Of a stretch of 64,000 nt of DNA, positions 63,291 through 64,000 are shown one piece after another (positions within the stretch are counted from its first letter, which is position 1; each line of letters starts with the position of its first letter). A program made the translations under genes and the position numbers. The notes under the pieces were generated by a model. It was not told the origin of the DNA. It saw only the letters and a program-made list of their open reading frames with translations, and did no database searches. The stretch is from Methanomassiliicoccaceae archaeon (lineage in GTDB: Archaea; Thermoplasmatota; Thermoplasmata; Methanomassiliicoccales; Methanomassiliicoccaceae), in the NCBI GenBank assembly GCA_963728405.1, contig CAVSJV010000005.1, forward strand, positions 416,001 through 480,000, given 5' to 3'.

Positions 63291-64000
63291 ATGTCCGTGA
63301 ACGAATCGGGTGAGGAATTTGTCAGCGTTGTCGAGGGTAACCATGTGCACATCGGCGATGAAAATGCCATTGGGGCGAGCCCTCCGGCCAAGGCCTCACC
63401 CGAACAAGGATCTGGACCAACCGTCACCGTTGTGGTCTGCACCTATAATCGGGTGCAGTGGCTGCCAAAATGCCTAAAATCCTTGGAGGCGCAGGACCCT
63501 CGGCCGGACGAGATCATCGTGGTGGACGGTCCCTCCGACGACGGGACCAGGGCGTTATTGGAACTTCTGGAAGGTCAGGGACATGTCGTCTTGGTAAAGC
63601 AGCCTAAACTGGACGGGATCTCCTCGGCCCGGAACCTCGGTCTGGCCCAGGCCCGGGGCGAGATCGTCTGCTTCATCGATGACGACGCCATCGCCCAACC
63701 GGGCTGGCTCCTGTCGATGGTGAGCGCCTACACCGACCGGACGGTCGGTGGGGTCGGCGGCCCGGTACACGACATGCACGGTAAGCTGACCATGGGCCGG
63801 AATGCGGTAACCCCGGACGGTCGGTGGTTCGACGAGTCCCGTAACGAGAGCACCGCGGGGCTGTTCCCGGTGATGGTCGGCTGCAATATGTCGTTCCGCC
63901 GCCTGCCACTGACGGACATCGGCGGCTTCGACCCATATTTCAAGTTCCATCAGGACGAGACCGATGCCTGCCTGGGCATACTGGCCGAGGGGCTGGACAT
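63291..64000 (+). CDS. GT2 glycosyltransferase (runs off the right edge)
   Basis: Manual translation: VTVVVCTYNR, VVDGPSDDGT, ARNLG, FIDDDA, GCNMSFRR, GGFD. Confidence 0.88.
   Translation, partial: MSVNESGEEFVSVVEGNHVHIGDENAIGASPPAKASPEQGSGPTVTVVVCTYNRVQWLPKCLKSLEAQDPRPDEIIVVDGPSDDGTRALLELLEGQGHVVLVKQPKLDGISSARNLGLAQARGEIVCFIDDDAIAQPGWLLSMVSAYTDRTVGGVGGPVHDMHGKLTMGRNAVTPDGRWFDESRNESTAGLFPVMVGCNMSFRRLPLTDIGGFDPYFKFHQDETDACLGILAEGLD

Overview
A GC-rich archaeal chromosome segment, most consistent with a Methanomassiliicoccales (Thermoplasmata) methanogen. This is inferred from LonB, Hel308, Cgi121, an HMG-CoA synthase/thiolase/DUF35 operon, and MtaA-like and MvhD-like genes. Layout: (1) 1-11 kb, mixed metabolic and transport genes (REC-PAS, IDH/IPMDH, a degenerate PGK, MFS, CopB, ROK kinase). 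(2) 11-16.6 kb, a partly decayed regulatory and methyl-transfer patch (Lrp/AsnC pseudogene, NimA remnant, DUF1638, MtaA-like, radical SAM). (3) 16.6-27 kb, a visibly AT-richer accessory region with CheB-CheR, two histidine kinases, a degenerate MvhD, a candidate sRNA, a small LEA-like ORF, tRNA-Pro(CGG) and a solo TnpB. (4) 29-48 kb, core genes (mevalonate entry operon, a giant helical-repeat protein, cgi121, thrBC, hel308, lonB, nadM-pncC, a KaiC-like pair). (5) 48.6-64 kb, a surface-glycan cluster with two B12-binding radical SAM enzymes. Most notable: the thiolase in the mevalonate operon has all three catalytic motifs substituted; several other apparent pseudo-enzymes; two CTG starts coupled to upstream stops; an unnamed ~120-aa paralog pair; and six +1 frameshifts that share an ACT context (probably a systematic sequencing artefact). 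No CRISPR array or rRNA was seen.
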